Assembly: GCA_013239625.1 (NCBI GenBank)
Contig: MU053934.1
Span: 4,730,399 to 4,794,398, forward strand
DNA: 64,000 bases
Source: Lama guanicoe
Taxonomy: Eukaryota
Direction of reading: 5' to 3'
Part shown: positions 1 through 13,027 of the stretch, piece by piece
How positions within the stretch are numbered: position 1 is the first letter of the stretch
Layout: the number at the start of each line of letters is the position of its first letter
Notes under the pieces: model-generated
What the model saw: only the letters and a program-made list of their open reading frames with translations
What the model was told of the DNA's origin: nothing
The model's database searches: none
Translations under genes and position numbers: made by a program

Positions 1-495
1 TGTGATCTGATGACTTTAGTGTTCTGTTTGTCTTCCTTTCTCTTTATATTTTTTTGTGTATCTGTTATCAGGTTTTGGTTTGTGGTTGCCATGAGGTTTT
101 TATATAACATCCTATGTATATAATGGTCTATTTTAAGGAGATTGTCGCTCAAGTTTGAGTGTGTTCTAAAAGCGCTACGTTTTTACCCCCCCCTTTTGTT
201 TTTGATGTCATATATTTTACGTCTTTTTATTTTGTGTATCCTTTAATTCACTATTGTAGGTATAGACAATTTTGCTGCTTTTTCTTTTAACCTTCATACA
301 AACTATGTAGGTAGTTGCTTCACCACCTTTACTGTGCCTTGTTTACTGTGAGATTTTTTTCTTTCAAAATTTTTGTATTTCTTGTTATGGGCTTTTCTGT
401 TTAAAGGAATCCCTTTAACATTTCTTGTCAGGTCGGCTTAGTAGTGATGACCTCCTTCAGCTTTTGCTTGCCTGGGAAATGCTTTGTATCTTGTT
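1..495 (-). mobile_element. Old LINE-1 fragment (ORF1/inter-ORF region, antisense)
   Basis: T-rich on the + strand, with L1-typical words such as ccctttaacatttcttgt and cttcagcttttgcttgcctgggaaa. Family assigned from memory. Confidence 0.7.
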
Positions 496-1424
496 CTTAC
501 CTGTAGCTGCAGAGCCTCGAATGGTGCCTGACAGATGTTTGTTGAATGAATTAATGAGTGTCAAGCCATTTATTAGGTAAAACATATGTACTGAGCACCT
601 ACTATGTGCCAGGGACTGTCTGAGGATTCAGTGTGAGGGAGGTTGAGGCAGGAAGTGCAGGATGGGAGCAGGCTGACAATGTGACTGTGAGATGGTAAAG
701 CCTGGAGAGGTGGGTGGGATGCAGATGGTGTCCACTGACTCCAGGATGGGGACATACAGGGGAAGGCTTGGTCGGGAGGAGGGAGCATTTGTTAGTTGTG
801 TGGATGTAACCTGTCATGGGGAGCTCACCCCTTAGTGGGCAGCCTATTCCCTGGCAGGATGGCCTTCAGTCTTGGGGAGTTCTCCCTGAAGCTGGGGTAA
901 AGTCAGCCACAGGTATCCACAGTGTCTGTCAGCTTATGTGCTGGAGGTCATGTCTCTGGAATTGCCCAGGGGGAGGCAAAGCCCTGTCTGAGGATGGTGC
1001 ACCTTGGTAACCCCTCTCTAGGAGGGAGTTCTGGATGACCACCCCTTGCTGAGGCCCTGGCTTGGTGGACACTGGCAGGAGAGGTCCCCAGAGGGTCCTG
1101 GCAGCTTGACTCAACTTCTCTCCTGAGAAACGGGTACAAGGAGGCTGGTGAGTCCACCGGCCCTTGGCTGAGCCACCCCAGGCCACGTGGTTCATTGCGA
1201 GCTCAGACCTCTCTCTAGGGCCCCGGACTCACATCTCCGTGGCCTCCTGGACATGGCCTCACTCTTGGATGTGGCACAAACCTCCAGCCTCAACTTGCCC
1301 AAAACGGAGCTTGCTTTCCTCCCCCACACCTGTTTCTTCTCTCCTTTGTCTCTCTCTAGCCGGAAATCCAGGTGCCATTCTCCCCTTTTCCTTCACCCTA
1401 CATGAGGGGAGTCACTGTCTGTGG

Positions 1425-2117
1425 CATGACTCTGGAGCTGGCTGCCTGGTTCAAATCCTAGCTCCACCATCTATGGGCTTTGTGACCTTGGGCAGATAAC
1501 TCAGCCTCTGTGCTTTAGTTTCCTCATCATAAATTGTGCCTAACAGTACTGTCAATCCTGTAGCTTGTTGTGAGGATGAAATGAAAACGTTCTAAGTGCC
1601 TTATGGACGTAGCTATCATGTTTTTGGTGCCCACCCATTTACAGAGCACTTTCCCAGTTAACATTCTGTGACATAGGTGTCATGCTAAATCTGTGGTATA
1701 AGTGTCAGAACTATTTGACAAACGTGGAAATTGAGGTTCCCACTTATTCAATGCAGTGGAGAGGCTGGAACCGGGAGCGGGGGTCAGACCTGGGTGTGAG
1801 TTTAATTAGGTCACTTCCTGTGTGTCTTTGGGAGATGCCCTCTCCCGTCTGAGCCTGTTTCCTGATCTTTAGAGTGAGGATTATAAGCCTTACTTTGCAG
1901 GACTCTTACAAACCCACTCCTTTTCCAACTGCATGACCTTTAGCCAGGTTACTCACCTCTCCGTGCCTCAGTTTCCTCGTCCATAAAATGGGAGTGATAA
2001 CCTTAGCACCTACCTCCTAGAGCTGATGTGAAGGTTAAATGAAACAATGTGTGGAAGTGCTTAGAACAGTGACTAACACGTAATAAAGACTGTATCAGTG
2101 TCTGTCATTATTATTAG
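1425..2117 (+). mobile_element. Cluster of MIR SINE relics (representative of many MIRs across the window)
   Basis: Core tgtgaccttgggca...ctcagtttcctc..ctgtaaaatggg at about 1480 and 1935. The same core recurs near 7840, 8970, 16290, 24060, 35790, 38190, 41500 and 42670 (+), and near 10720, 25010, 48080 and 59270 (-). Confidence 0.75.
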
Positions 2118-4174
2118 TTGATAACATTTGCACGTAGGCACAAGATTTCCCATATACTTCCAAGAGGTTCATCTCTGGAGAGTCAGCATCCTTGGATAAG
2201 ACATCCCCTGGGATTCCTTGTCAGAGATGTGGCGGGGGTGTGTGTTAGAGACCCCTGTGGAGGTAGAGCTTGGTTGTGGGGGCTTCCAACCAGAAAGAAC
2301 GCTTTTGAGTCCTGGTCGTTTCTCTCACCTACTTCGTGGCCTTGGGCAAGTCATCTCCTCTCTTTTGAGCCTGTTTCACCTTTTGCAAAACACAGCTGGT
2401 AATATTGTGAGGTATAAGTTAAGTCAGATACAATGCCTGACAAGAGAAGACCCTTAAGAAATGATCGCAGTGATTCTGATGCCCGGCACAGGGCAAGTAA
2501 TCCACAACAATTTCCTGGCTGTGTGTGTGAGCGCCGTGTCTTTTAAAATACCAGGGAGGGGTGCTGTTCCTAATGTCCCTTGCTTCCTCTCCCAGCTGCC
2601 TCCCCATGCTCTGCCAGCACCCTGCTTTTTCCACAGTTCAAGTCTGGTGGAGGGGTTCCCTGCAGGGAAAGTAGGGGGCACACACAGTCCCAAAGGAAAA
2701 TGGAACTATGGCCTCTCTCCTTTCCCTGAAATAGGAGAGGAAATCCTCCCTCCCTCTCGGGAACTACTGAGCATTTCCTCTGACTCCAGTTCAAAGCTCC
2801 GCAGAGACCTGAATGAATTAAAGATGTAATTAAATTAGGGATCATTCATTATTTGAAGGCTGGGATTCTTTGGCAGGTGGGGTGGTGGAGGAGAGGGGGC
2901 GGGGCCATCATTCTGCTTGGGGAGAGGCGTGTGTTTGGCCAATCTGGGGCCCAGGGACCTGGGAGAGAGAGCCGGCCCCCTCCGTATCTGCTCCCACTCA
3001 GAAAGGCCCCCCTACAGCCTCAAGATAGTTGGGATGCCCACTATCTCCTTGGACAAGCTTGCACCAAAGCCCTTTCTCTCTCAGCCTCAGTTTTCTCATC
3101 TGCAAAATGAGGCAAAGCAAGGAGGGAGGACTGTATTAAACAGCTTTTAAGGTTGCTTTAGGAAGTAAGTTTTTATCTAAGAACTTGGAGATCTTTCCCT
3201 TTGAACACCTGCAACACTCTCCTTGCTGGAGGAGTCATTTTGCACCCACCCCAATCCTAGGGAATTTAGTCAAGCATTTCTTTGGCTCAGTTCACTCATC
3301 TAAAAGGAAGGGAAACTCAGTGAATGGGTATGACAGGTTCTGTGCTGGCTGCTGGGGATACTGAGATGAGTGTGATACTTCTTACCCTGCAGTGTCCAGT
3401 GGGGGAGACAGAGAATCTGGGCCTAGAAGGAGAAAAAGGGGGAAGGAAGGCACTCCAGGTGGGGGGCACAGCATGTGCAAAGGCCTGGCGACATGAGACA
3501 GTGTAGGGATGGGGCAAGTGTAACTGGAGCATGGAGTGGGGCAGGTGTGTGCCAAGGAACGAGGCTCCTGGGCCTGGTGTGTGATGGGGAAAGGGGGGGA
3601 GGTTAGCACTCTTCTGCATTCCCAGAGGAAAACAAAAATTTTTGAAGCTGTCAGATATATGATAGAACTGTCAAGAGTACATGAAACAGCCACGTACCCT
3701 GGGAAACGGAAGTCGCGACTTTGTTTGTTCTGTGACAGTGTGAAAACTCACAACCTTTTCATCAAGATGGGTAATAAAAACACAGGAAAACTAGAAGCAT
3801 TTTTGTTCAAGTCTGCTGAGGACATTACTCCCAGCCTGCCCAGTTTCCGCTCTCCGGCCTGGATTCGTTTATGCATGTCAACGCTTGCCCAGATTTGCAG
3901 ACATCTCACTCTGCTTTGGTTCCTCAACTTGTCAGCCATCTTCACTGTGGTGTTCTTGGTCACTGTGGATATTTGAAAATGATGTCAAGGGAGAAATTGC
4001 TCTCTCTCTCCCTGGAAATCTTTGGCTGGGGCCACCTCTCTCACAATCTCTGTCCTCTGTCTCCTTCTCTCTCTTCATTCCCGCCACGACCTCTTCCCTC
4101 AACCCTAGTGAACTGCTGGGAGATGTTTGGGTGGGAATGGACACTGTCCAGGTTGGGGAGAGGCGATGGAGAGG

Positions 4175-4195
4175 TTCAGCACCACGGACAGAGAC
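4175..4195 (+). promoter_or_regulatory. RE1/NRSE (REST-binding) element
   Basis: TTCAGCACCACGGACAGAGAC versus consensus TTCAGCACCACGGACAGCGCC: 19/21, with the first 17 identical. Confidence 0.88.
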
Positions 4196-4304
4196 ACAAG
4201 CCAGGAACTATAGGAGGTGATTCTGCAGGCTCATGACAGCTGCTTGGGTTGCCTTGAATGCCAGCTCAGGAGGTCTGGGTGCAGGGATCTGGGTTAGGGG
4301 CTGA

Positions 4305-4312
4305 TGACGTCA
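4305..4312. promoter_or_regulatory. Full palindromic CRE
   Basis: TGACGTCA with its CpG intact, 110 bp from the RE1. Confidence 0.45.
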
Positions 4313-5014
4313 GAGGAGCTCCCCATGAGTCCAGAGGTGATTTTGCCAATGGAACTTTCTCCTTTTGTTCCCAAGACCCTCAGCCACTGCCCCCTACCCT
4401 CACCTGCCCGTTTCATTTCTTCCTTGCTCGGCAGGTCTTGGTTCATGCTCTTTATCCCTCCACCTTCCACTTTCCCTTCTCCATTCCCCAGCCTGCCTGC
4501 TCCTGGGCACTCAGTCCCACCACTCAGGCCCTCACTCCTTTCTCATGCAGGAGTTTCTGGCCTGGCAGTCACAGGAGGCTCTGGTGTGGCTCATCTGTAT
4601 GCATGCTGTGTGACCTTGGGCAAGTGTCACCCCCTCTCACCTGACCTCCTGGCATCAGAAAGGGGTGGTTTGGACTATGTTATTTCTGAGCTTGGAGCCA
4701 AGCCCCATGGTCAGCTCCTGACAGCCAGTATCCAGGTAAGGAGAGCCATAGCAAGGGCAGGATGTGTGCTGGTGGCTGCAGGAGTGTGAGGCAGGGGCTC
4801 TGAGCGTGTGTATATGTGTGTGTGTGTGCTGGGGAGGGGAGGCGAGGGCGGAGGAAGAACGCAGAGGAGCTGCTGGACCAGAACAGAAGAACCCCTTAGC
4901 CTGTATATTTAGCTCATCGAGGTATATAAACAGAAACCTGGAGCCAACCCAACGCTCCCCCCGAGCGTGAGTCATCTGCGCTGCTGCAGCTAAAGTTAGG
5001 CTCCAATCACAGGC

Positions 5015-5250
5015 TCCCTCTCTCTCTCTTTCCTTCTTCATTCTCTGTCCCCTTACTGCCTTCTTGTCTCCTTATCTTTTCTCCCCATCTTTCTCTTCTC
5101 CTCTCCTATCTTTCTCCCTAAATCTCTCTCCTCTTGGATGCTCTAAACCCTCTCTCTCCCTGATCTGCCCCTTCCCTCTCTCTCTCCCCCTAGATTTTCC
5201 CATCTTCCTTCTCCTCTTTCTTGTTCCTCTCCCTCTTGACTTGTCTTTGA
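5015..5250. repeat. CT-rich polypyrimidine low-complexity tract
   Basis: About 230 bp that is almost entirely C/T on the + strand. Confidence 0.85.
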
Positions 5251-6454
5251 CTTGACTATGTCTTTCTCCCTTTTGAGTGCATATGAGAGAGGGTATTTTT
5301 GCTTTTGTGTTTGTGTTTCTGTGAACCTAATAACACTCAAGTGGCTGTGCATACTTGAGAGGGAGTGTGAATCTGTGTGAGTTTGTGTCTTGCTGTGAGG
5401 TGTATTTAATAAAAATTCTGTTTGGGTGTACGTGTGAGGCTGTCTGTGGTGTTTGTGGGTCTGAGTGTGTACACACAGGAGTGTGGTGATTGTGTGTCAG
5501 TGTCTGTGTGTTTTTTCTTCTTTGGGGGGTGCAGCTCTATGCCCGGGAATGAAAGCAGTGGAGAACCCTTCCCTAGTTTTTCCCAGAGGTTTGGAGTGTA
5601 GGGGAACTGCCAGGCCCCTAAAGACTGGGAGCAGGGTGGCCATAGGCTCCAGACTATCTAGAGAATGGACACAGGCTTGGCTTTTGGGCTCTGTTCCTTT
5701 CTGCTGTGTGACCTTGGGCCAGTCTGTTAGCCTCTCTGGTCCTTGCTTCTGCATCTGCCAGAGGAACATGATGACACTGCCCACCTTGCAAGGCTAGAGG
5801 TGAGCAGCAAGGGAATTCATGGGTGTAGAGGTGGTGAGGATACGCTGGTCACCGGAACAGGAGACCTTTCCTTTAGGTGTATGCTTTTCTGCCTCAGTGG
5901 GCTGGCTCATTCTGCTTCCATAACTATGTATTTATAATTTGATGTTCAACCAGAATTGGAGGCTGGATCCCCCACCACTGGAAGTGTCCCCCTATCTTAA
6001 TTTGTGGGTGACCATTCTCACCTTTAAGGTGTATCCTGAAAGCTGCTCTCTGCAGGAAGCCTCCTGGGTCTCTGCTGAAGATGTGCCTCTGCATCCCCCA
6101 TCCCTCTGTGGCCCCTCTCACACCTGCATCATGGTCCGTGTCTCTGCCCTCAATGGAGGGATTCCTGGAAAGATTTTACGAAAGGGACCATGTGTGCCCT
6201 GGGGATGGTGTGGGAGAGTGGAAGATGAGAGATAGATGGGAGGGACTGAGATAAAGTGGGGCAGCTTGAGCCCCAGGCTCTGCTCCACTTCACCCAGAGG
6301 GAGAAGTGTCTGGGCCCTCAGCTGGGTAGGGGGCCCAGATGTCAGGGGCCATTTGCATCAGGGACTAAGGACCTGCTGAGAAAGTGTCAGTCCTCTGGCC
6401 CTAGAGCGTGTGGAGACGGATGAGCAATGCTCCCTCCCGGTCTAGTCACTACAC

Positions 6455-6745
6455 AATAGCCAGGGTGATCTTTTAGGGTCTGAGTCACATCATGTCCCTT
6501 ACTACCTCACTTAAAATGACCCCACCATCCTCAGTGTCCATCTGTCTCCCCTGCTTTATTTTTCTCTAGAGGCTGATCATATCTGATGTACTATGTATTT
6601 CATATATTCATTTTGTGTATTTTCTGACTTGCCCACTACAGTATAAGCTCTGTGAGGGTAAGGACTTCGTCTTGTTCACTGCTGTACCCCAGGGCCTAGA
6701 ACTGTGCCTAGCACCTAGCTGGGGCTCAGAGAGGAGCTGCTGAAG
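6455..6745 (+). mobile_element. L2 LINE 3' fragment (representative; others near 500-600, 19470-20290, 28290-28720, 30860-31700, 37860-38120)
   Basis: tataagctctgtgagggtaaggac...tcttgttcactgctgtaccccagggcctagaactgtgcctagcac is the typical L2 3' end. Confidence 0.7.
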
Positions 6746-9700
6746 AGACAAAGCTGCTCCGTCGCACCTCCTGTGTGATAATCATTCATTCAGCCATTCA
6801 CTCATTCAGCAAGCCTCTGCCACCTGCTCTATGTCCAGCTCTGCCCTTCTTTGCAGGGGTCGAGTCTGGCAAGGGCAGAACAGAGTGCAAGGCCATCAAG
6901 ACAGGGTTGGGGTGAGGAGTGAGGGGCCTCTGAGTCGGTCTGGTGTGATGGGCAGAGAAAACTGAGCTGGGCTTGAGGATGGGGAGGCACTCTCTAAGTG
7001 GAGACATTTGATTGTGGCTTTTCATACCCTTCCTCCTACCCCCCAAGACCAAGGCCAAACAGAGGGCAGGACTGGGGATGAGTCTCCAAAATCTAGAGTT
7101 GGCACAGGCATAGAGCTAGCCCCAGGCCTCAGGAGCTGGGCTCCATGAGTCTTCCCGGGATGGGGTGGGGGTGATGCCGGTTCCAGTTTTTAAAAAGATG
7201 AGAACCTTAAAAGAAAGGAGGAATTTGGCCACCCTGGGAGGCCGAGGAGCTGCTCCCTTGAATATCCATCCTGAGCCACTGTGGGTCCCAAGGTTGCCGG
7301 GCAGAAGCCAGCCCGGGCAAGCTTCTCCAGCCCAGGACCCCGCTCCCACCCGCACAGCCCCCAGTCATCCCTCCTTGAGGGCGACATTGAAGGTGGCTTC
7401 CTGGAGGCCTGACTGCAGGGGTGCCAGCCTTTGTCCAGCCAAGGATAAAGGGAAGAGTTGCCTGCCCTATTATTCTTTCTGCAAGCAGCAGGAAGGGCAG
7501 AGAGCAAAAGGCAGTGAGACTGAGAGCGTGTGTGCCGCCAGTCGCAGACTGCTGGGGAATTAACCAGCCCTGTCCATTTGCCCCCAGTCTGGATTCCTCA
7601 AGCCCCAGCCTGGAAGGTTCTAGGGCATTAAAGGCTTCTTTTGGCTGTAAGTCAGGGGCCCCCCACCTGGCAGGAAACTGGGGGTCCTGAGATCTGTCCC
7701 CTCTCCCTCTGCCCTTCTCCAGCCAGTTCCTGGGCAGGTGGGAGATGGGTCTCTACTCTCTGTCTCTCTCTCTCACACATACACACACTCTCACACACTC
7801 ACTCTGGCATAGAATCCTGATTCTGCCGCTCATTAGCTGTGTGACCCTGGGCAATTTACTTAATTTCTCTGGATTCTGGTTCTCCCATCTGTAAAATGAG
7901 CTTCATGATCCTGCTCACCTGCTGCCAGGGTTAAGTGGGCGAATAGAGGAGATGGGCACATTTCCGGGGGAGGGAGCCCTGCTCCTTAGCTGGGTGAGAC
8001 TCTGGACCCCCACCCACCCAGTCAGGGCAGGATTCCTGTGGCTGCAGCGACTCTGGAGGGCTGCCAGTGCCCTCCTGGGCCCCTCTGGCTCTGACCTTTG
8101 CTTCCGCCAGCTTAGTCCTGTTGGGGGATGGACTGGCTGGCCTGCCCAGGGCTGGCCTCGTGCACATCAGCTCCGAGGGTGATTCATCCCTTTCTTCACA
8201 TCCCCACATGGAAAGCCCCACTCTCACAAGGCATCTAGCAACTTTCCTGGGGGCTTGTGGGGAGAGACGACTGGAGCCTCCCTTCTGGGGGCTCCCTCTC
8301 CCTGTGACCCCACCTCCTCATCTTCTCTCCTCTCCCTTCACTCTCTACTCTCTTCCCTTCGAAATTTCCAGTTCTCCCTTTCCCAGTCCAGCCACAACCC
8401 TCCAGAGGGCTCTGGGTCCACCTTGGCCTCTCTGGATACATCACGTGCCGGCCCCACGACATTTGGGAGGCCCAGTATTTGGCCTATCTTTCCTCGGCAC
8501 CTGACTCCAAATCCTCTCCCTGTTTCACCCACAGTCAGAATTTCTGGACCTTTCCATCCTTTATCATGTCCTTAAGCCCTGGCACAGGCCTGGTACCCAG
8601 TAGATGCCTAATAAAAGCTCTTGGATTGTTGAAGTTCATTTTCTGCCATTGATTTTCTCCTATTCCTAGCTCCTATCCTGGTGGGCTGCTCCCAGGGCCT
8701 GGTTCTTAGGCATCCAGGGTAACTCTTGGGCTAAGAGCAGTCCCCCTCTATGCCCCAGGGGACTGTGCTCTTAAGGGGCACAGGGCGGCCAGTGTGAGGG
8801 TATCTCAGGCCATCCCCTCCCTGCGCTAGTAGATGGGGTCACTCTGCCAGTTTGGAATCCTAGAAACCTTGATTCGAGTTTTTGAATCTTAGAATCCAGA
8901 ATCGTACTTAAGAGTACAGAGTCTGGAGCCCGTACCCGGGAATTCAAATACTAGCTCTAATACATATTAGCTGTGTGACCTTGAGCAAGTAACCTGACTT
9001 CTCTCTGCCAATGCTTGCTCATCTGTAAAATAGTAGTGACAATTTACAAGCCTGTGGAAAGGATCAAATGCGTTAATATTTGTCAAGGGCTTAGACCAGG
9101 GCCTGGCACAGATAAACACTCTGTAAGTGTTTAAGAAATAAATTAGCGTGAATTTTGGGGATATTGGAATCTTTATTTCTGTGCTCTTAGGATCTGGAAA
9201 GGACCTCATCTCATGTCCTAGGGCAGGAATCCTGCCCCAGCTTCCTTTAGTCCCAGCTTGCCTGTCCCCATTGACAGATGCTCTCTACCCTTCCAGCCAC
9301 TAGAATTGCTAGAAAGTTCTCCTAGGGGATGGAGGTGAGTCTGGGCTTCTCTGCCCAGCAGCTGCTGGAGTCAGGAGTTGGGGCCCAACATGGGTTGGGC
9401 TTTGTCTCTGGGGGCGGGGATAGGGAGCCTGGCCCAGCTGTCAGGTGGGTGCACTAGGGGATTCCAGGCCGGGGCCCATCTCACCTTCATCCTGGCAGGA
9501 GCTTGGCAGGCCCCTGCTCCCAGGGCCTGGCGGGGCCTAATGAGTGTGTGCGGCGGCTGCAGCCTTCTGCAAATACCAGGCACAATATAAATAGCAATAA
9601 TGAATAAATGAAGCTCCTGCAGCCAGCGAGGGCCTCCAGGATGGACTGCCGCAGCCTTGCTTCTTGTGGAGACCTGGAGTTGCAATCCCATCCCCCAGCA

Positions 9701-11379
9701 GGTTTGACGGTCACTCCTCATCAACACTTCTTCCATGACCTCTCCATGTCCGCAGAGCCCATCCCTCTGCTTAGCGGTGGGGTGGGCAGAAGAGGGAAGG
9801 AGTGGACAACAGGCTTTAGTTGAAGCATAAAGCAGGTTGGACATAAAGTAGGACTTCCTGCCGGTGTGGATACTTCAAGGAGGCTGGGGAGAGGGTGTTA
9901 GTCCTGCCGGGACAGGGAAGGGACTAGGGTCATGGAGGGGGGCAAATTTCTCCTTAAATCTGAAAAAGAACTTTAGATGATCAGAGATGCCCAGAGAGCA
10001 AAGGAGCTGCCCCAGGAGGTGGTGGGATCTTCGTCACCCCAGGTATGCAAGATGGGGCTGGGCAGTTGCGTGGGAGGCTATAACTGAAAAGACCCAGTCC
10101 TGAGAACTCACCATCTGGTGGCTTCTCAGGGTCCCAATCAGCCTTTGAACTTAATGAAAATGTTGCCAGAGGAGAATGGAGAGAAAGCGAGCAGTACTTG
10201 GCATCTTCTCCCTGCCTTGCTGCCTGTTGCCTTTCACTGTCCCAGGCCTGGGGCTGTCCAGCTGGGCACTCGGCCGGTCAGGGCACTGGGAGCCTACTTG
10301 TTCCACCTTATTCCTACCTCCTTGCCTTTGCATATGTCTTTTCTCCCTCCTAGATGCCATTTCTCTACCCACCTCCTCTCTTATTTCAGTCCTACAAGCC
10401 TTCGAGGCCCAGTGTAAGCCTCTGGCCTTTGATGGGGCCTTCCCTGAGACTCCTGATCTGAAGCCCACTCTGCTCTGAAATAAATCCGTCCCACCCGTGG
10501 ACACCTTCTGGCCTGCTCCATCCATGCTTCTGAGACCTTGCATAGCCTGGCGTGTGCTCATGTGACCTTGTACTGTGGTCTGGTGACAAAGATTTGCCTT
10601 GTCTCCCTGGACAGATTAAAAGATGAATATTTGTTGAACACCTACTATGTGCTGGGCATGGTGCTAAGCCCTTTTTAAACTGTTCTCATTCTGCAGAGTG
10701 TGAACTTTTATCTCCATTTCACAGATGTGGAACCTGAGGCTCAGAGACTTCATGGGGCTTGCCCAAGGCTCTCAGTCAGGAAGTGGCTGAGCTGGGATCA
10801 GATCTGAGGGTATCTTCCTCCAAAGCTCTGCCCATCTGCCAGACCAAGTAGTCCCAGGGCAGGCCTCAGTATCGATCTCCTTCACAGCCCTAGCCCAGCA
10901 GGGTGCCCCTCACATTCTTCAAGGAGATGAGGTGGGGGTGGAGAGCTGAGCTGAGGTTTCTGACCTCGCAGGCTCCTGTGGCCCAGGGGAAGTGGAGAGG
11001 CTGGGGCATTTGCAGTTGGAAAAAGAGGCATCTGTTCCACCTGGAGGCTCTCTTGGAAGCCTTCCTGGAGGAGGAAGCTTTTCTGTCAAGCCTTTAGGCT
11101 GGGAAGAAGCAGAGTAGGGATGAGAAATGGGAGGTTGTCTGGGCTGTGGAGTGACCTTTGGAGCTGAGTTCCAGCCGGGATCCACCGTGTAAGAGCTGAT
11201 GGTCTTAGATGGGCAGCCCCTCACTGGGGCAGTGAAGGCCTCCCTCCCGCCTTTTCACAGCATCTCAGGGAGAATCCGGAGTGTAATTTGGCCAACCAGG
11301 CACCTGGGACTTGGGGGTGGTCAGTAATGGGGTCCCTCCCTTTTTATGCATGACGCAGCCCCCATGTTGAGGGGGTAGG

Positions 11380-12430
11380 ACCCTCCCCCAGGCACGACCC
11401 GGGATTTAAAGGAGGTGGCCACAAGGCTGGGGGCTTCCTGCCCTCTGGGGAGAGGTGGGGGCTCACCGGCCGCCGCCGTCAGTCTGTCTGTCGCCTCCAC
11501 GCCTCCCCCTACAGCGTCCCGCGCCTGCAGCTTTCCCCGAAGACATTTGGTGTCAGTATAAGGACGGCTTTGCCTCGCACGCGGCGCGGCTCGGTCTCGC
11601 CGCCGCCGCACGTCCCCGCACCGCCGGGCGCTCAGGCTCCTCCGCAGCCCCCGCCGCGCGCAGACCCCGCGCCTCGAGCCCGGGGCCGGAGGCGGGAGAC
11701 CAGCCGAACCGCGCGAGGGACGCGGCCCCGACCCCGCGCCCCCGCCCCGGGCCGCCGCCCGCGGGGCTCCTCTCCGGGCACTTGCCCGCCGCNNNNNNNN
11801 NNNNNNNNNNNNNNNNNNNNNNNNNNNNNNNNNNNNNNNNNNNNNNNNNNNNNNNNNNNNNNNNNNNNNNNNNNNNNNNNNNNNNNNNNNNNNNNNNNNN
11901 NNNNNNNNNNNNNNNNNNNNNNNNNNNNNNNNNNNNNGGGGGGCGGCTGGCGGGGCTGCGGGTCCCCCTCAGTTCCCGGCTTCGGAGGGACGCGTCGGCC
12001 CGGCGGCTCTAACCTGAACGACCCCCGCTGCCCGGCCAAGTCCATGCCAAGGTAGGTGGGGGTGGGGTGGGGGGAAGGGGAAGGAAGGGAGGGCTCCGCT
12101 TCGATGCCAATTTCTTGGCGAGTCGGATTCTTTCTTTATTGAGGCGTTTATTTATTTATTTCTGGGGACAGGTCCCCCCACCCGCTCGTGCCCATCAGGT
12201 CGGCCCCCCATCCCATGCCTTCGGGCTAGGTGCCTTGGGAGGAAGGACGGGAAACTTTGACCGGTCCCTTCTCCAAGGCCACGAAAGTTCTCTCGGTGCC
12301 AATGCTGAAGCCGGCTGAGCCAGCGCTGCAGAAATTTATTCAACAAGTCAGGCTGCCGGCGGGGGGCCCAGGCTGTCTGTCTGTCCCGCTGCCCCTCCGC
12401 TGCTGCGGCTGTGCGGCCAGCGGGACCAGA
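11380..12430 (+). promoter_or_regulatory. CpG island / probable CACNA1I promoter and non-coding first exon (donor after 12051)
   Basis: Very high GC and CpG density against a CpG-depleted background. GC boxes near 11740, TATAAG at 11557, TGACGCA at 11351. Strong donor AAG|GTAGGT at 12051/12052 followed by G-runs. Confidence 0.8.
11793..11937. other. Assembly gap (145 N) inside the CpG island
   Basis: Run of N characters flanked by extremely GC-rich sequence. Confidence 0.99.
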
Positions 12431-12980
12431 GCTGGTGTCAGTGTCCAGGGGGCTGAGCTGGGGGTGTTGGCGGAGGGACAGCGGCAGCAGGGAGACTGAA
12501 TGGGGGAATCCCAGGCAGCGTTTAACTTTCCTCGAGGCCGTGGTGGGAGCCGGCCCCCTCCCTGGTCAGCACCCAGGGGGTCCCCAAGGCCTCCCTGTGT
12601 GAAGCCAGGCGGGGTCGGAGCTGGGACTCTTGGGGGTAAAAGGAATCCTCAGCACGATGGGGCTGGTTATATAATGAGTATTTATGGTGACTGGGTTTTA
12701 ATTGTACGCTGGGTGGTGTGTGGTGGGATGTAGGGGGCAAGAGGCCTTGGCAGGGGGTGAGAAGGCCTCTCGGGGGAGGTCATGGTGCCTGGGGGAGGGG
12801 GCGCTTGGATGGGCCCAGGCTGAGGCGGCAGTCAGCTGCTCTGCTTCTGTCTTTCTTTCCCTTCAGGGTCCTGGGGGCTCCTGAGCGTTGGATGAGATTG
12901 GCATCTGGGGAGAACCCTGAGCTGTATTCCAGCCGTGGGAGTCTGTGTTTTGGGGCCAGGTGTGTGCGTGTGTGTCCCTA

Positions 12981-12983
<3 letters not shown>

Positions 12984-13022
<39 letters not shown>
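12984..13022. repeat. (TG)n microsatellite
   Basis: About 19 perfect TG units. Confidence 0.95.

Positions 13023-13027
<5 letters not shown>

Noticed and set aside
11455..12055. Long ORFs across the CpG island
   Set aside because: Stop-poor GC-rich sequence bridged by Ns. The frame in phase with the channel has TAA at 12010-12012, so there is no ATG-initiated N-terminal extension.
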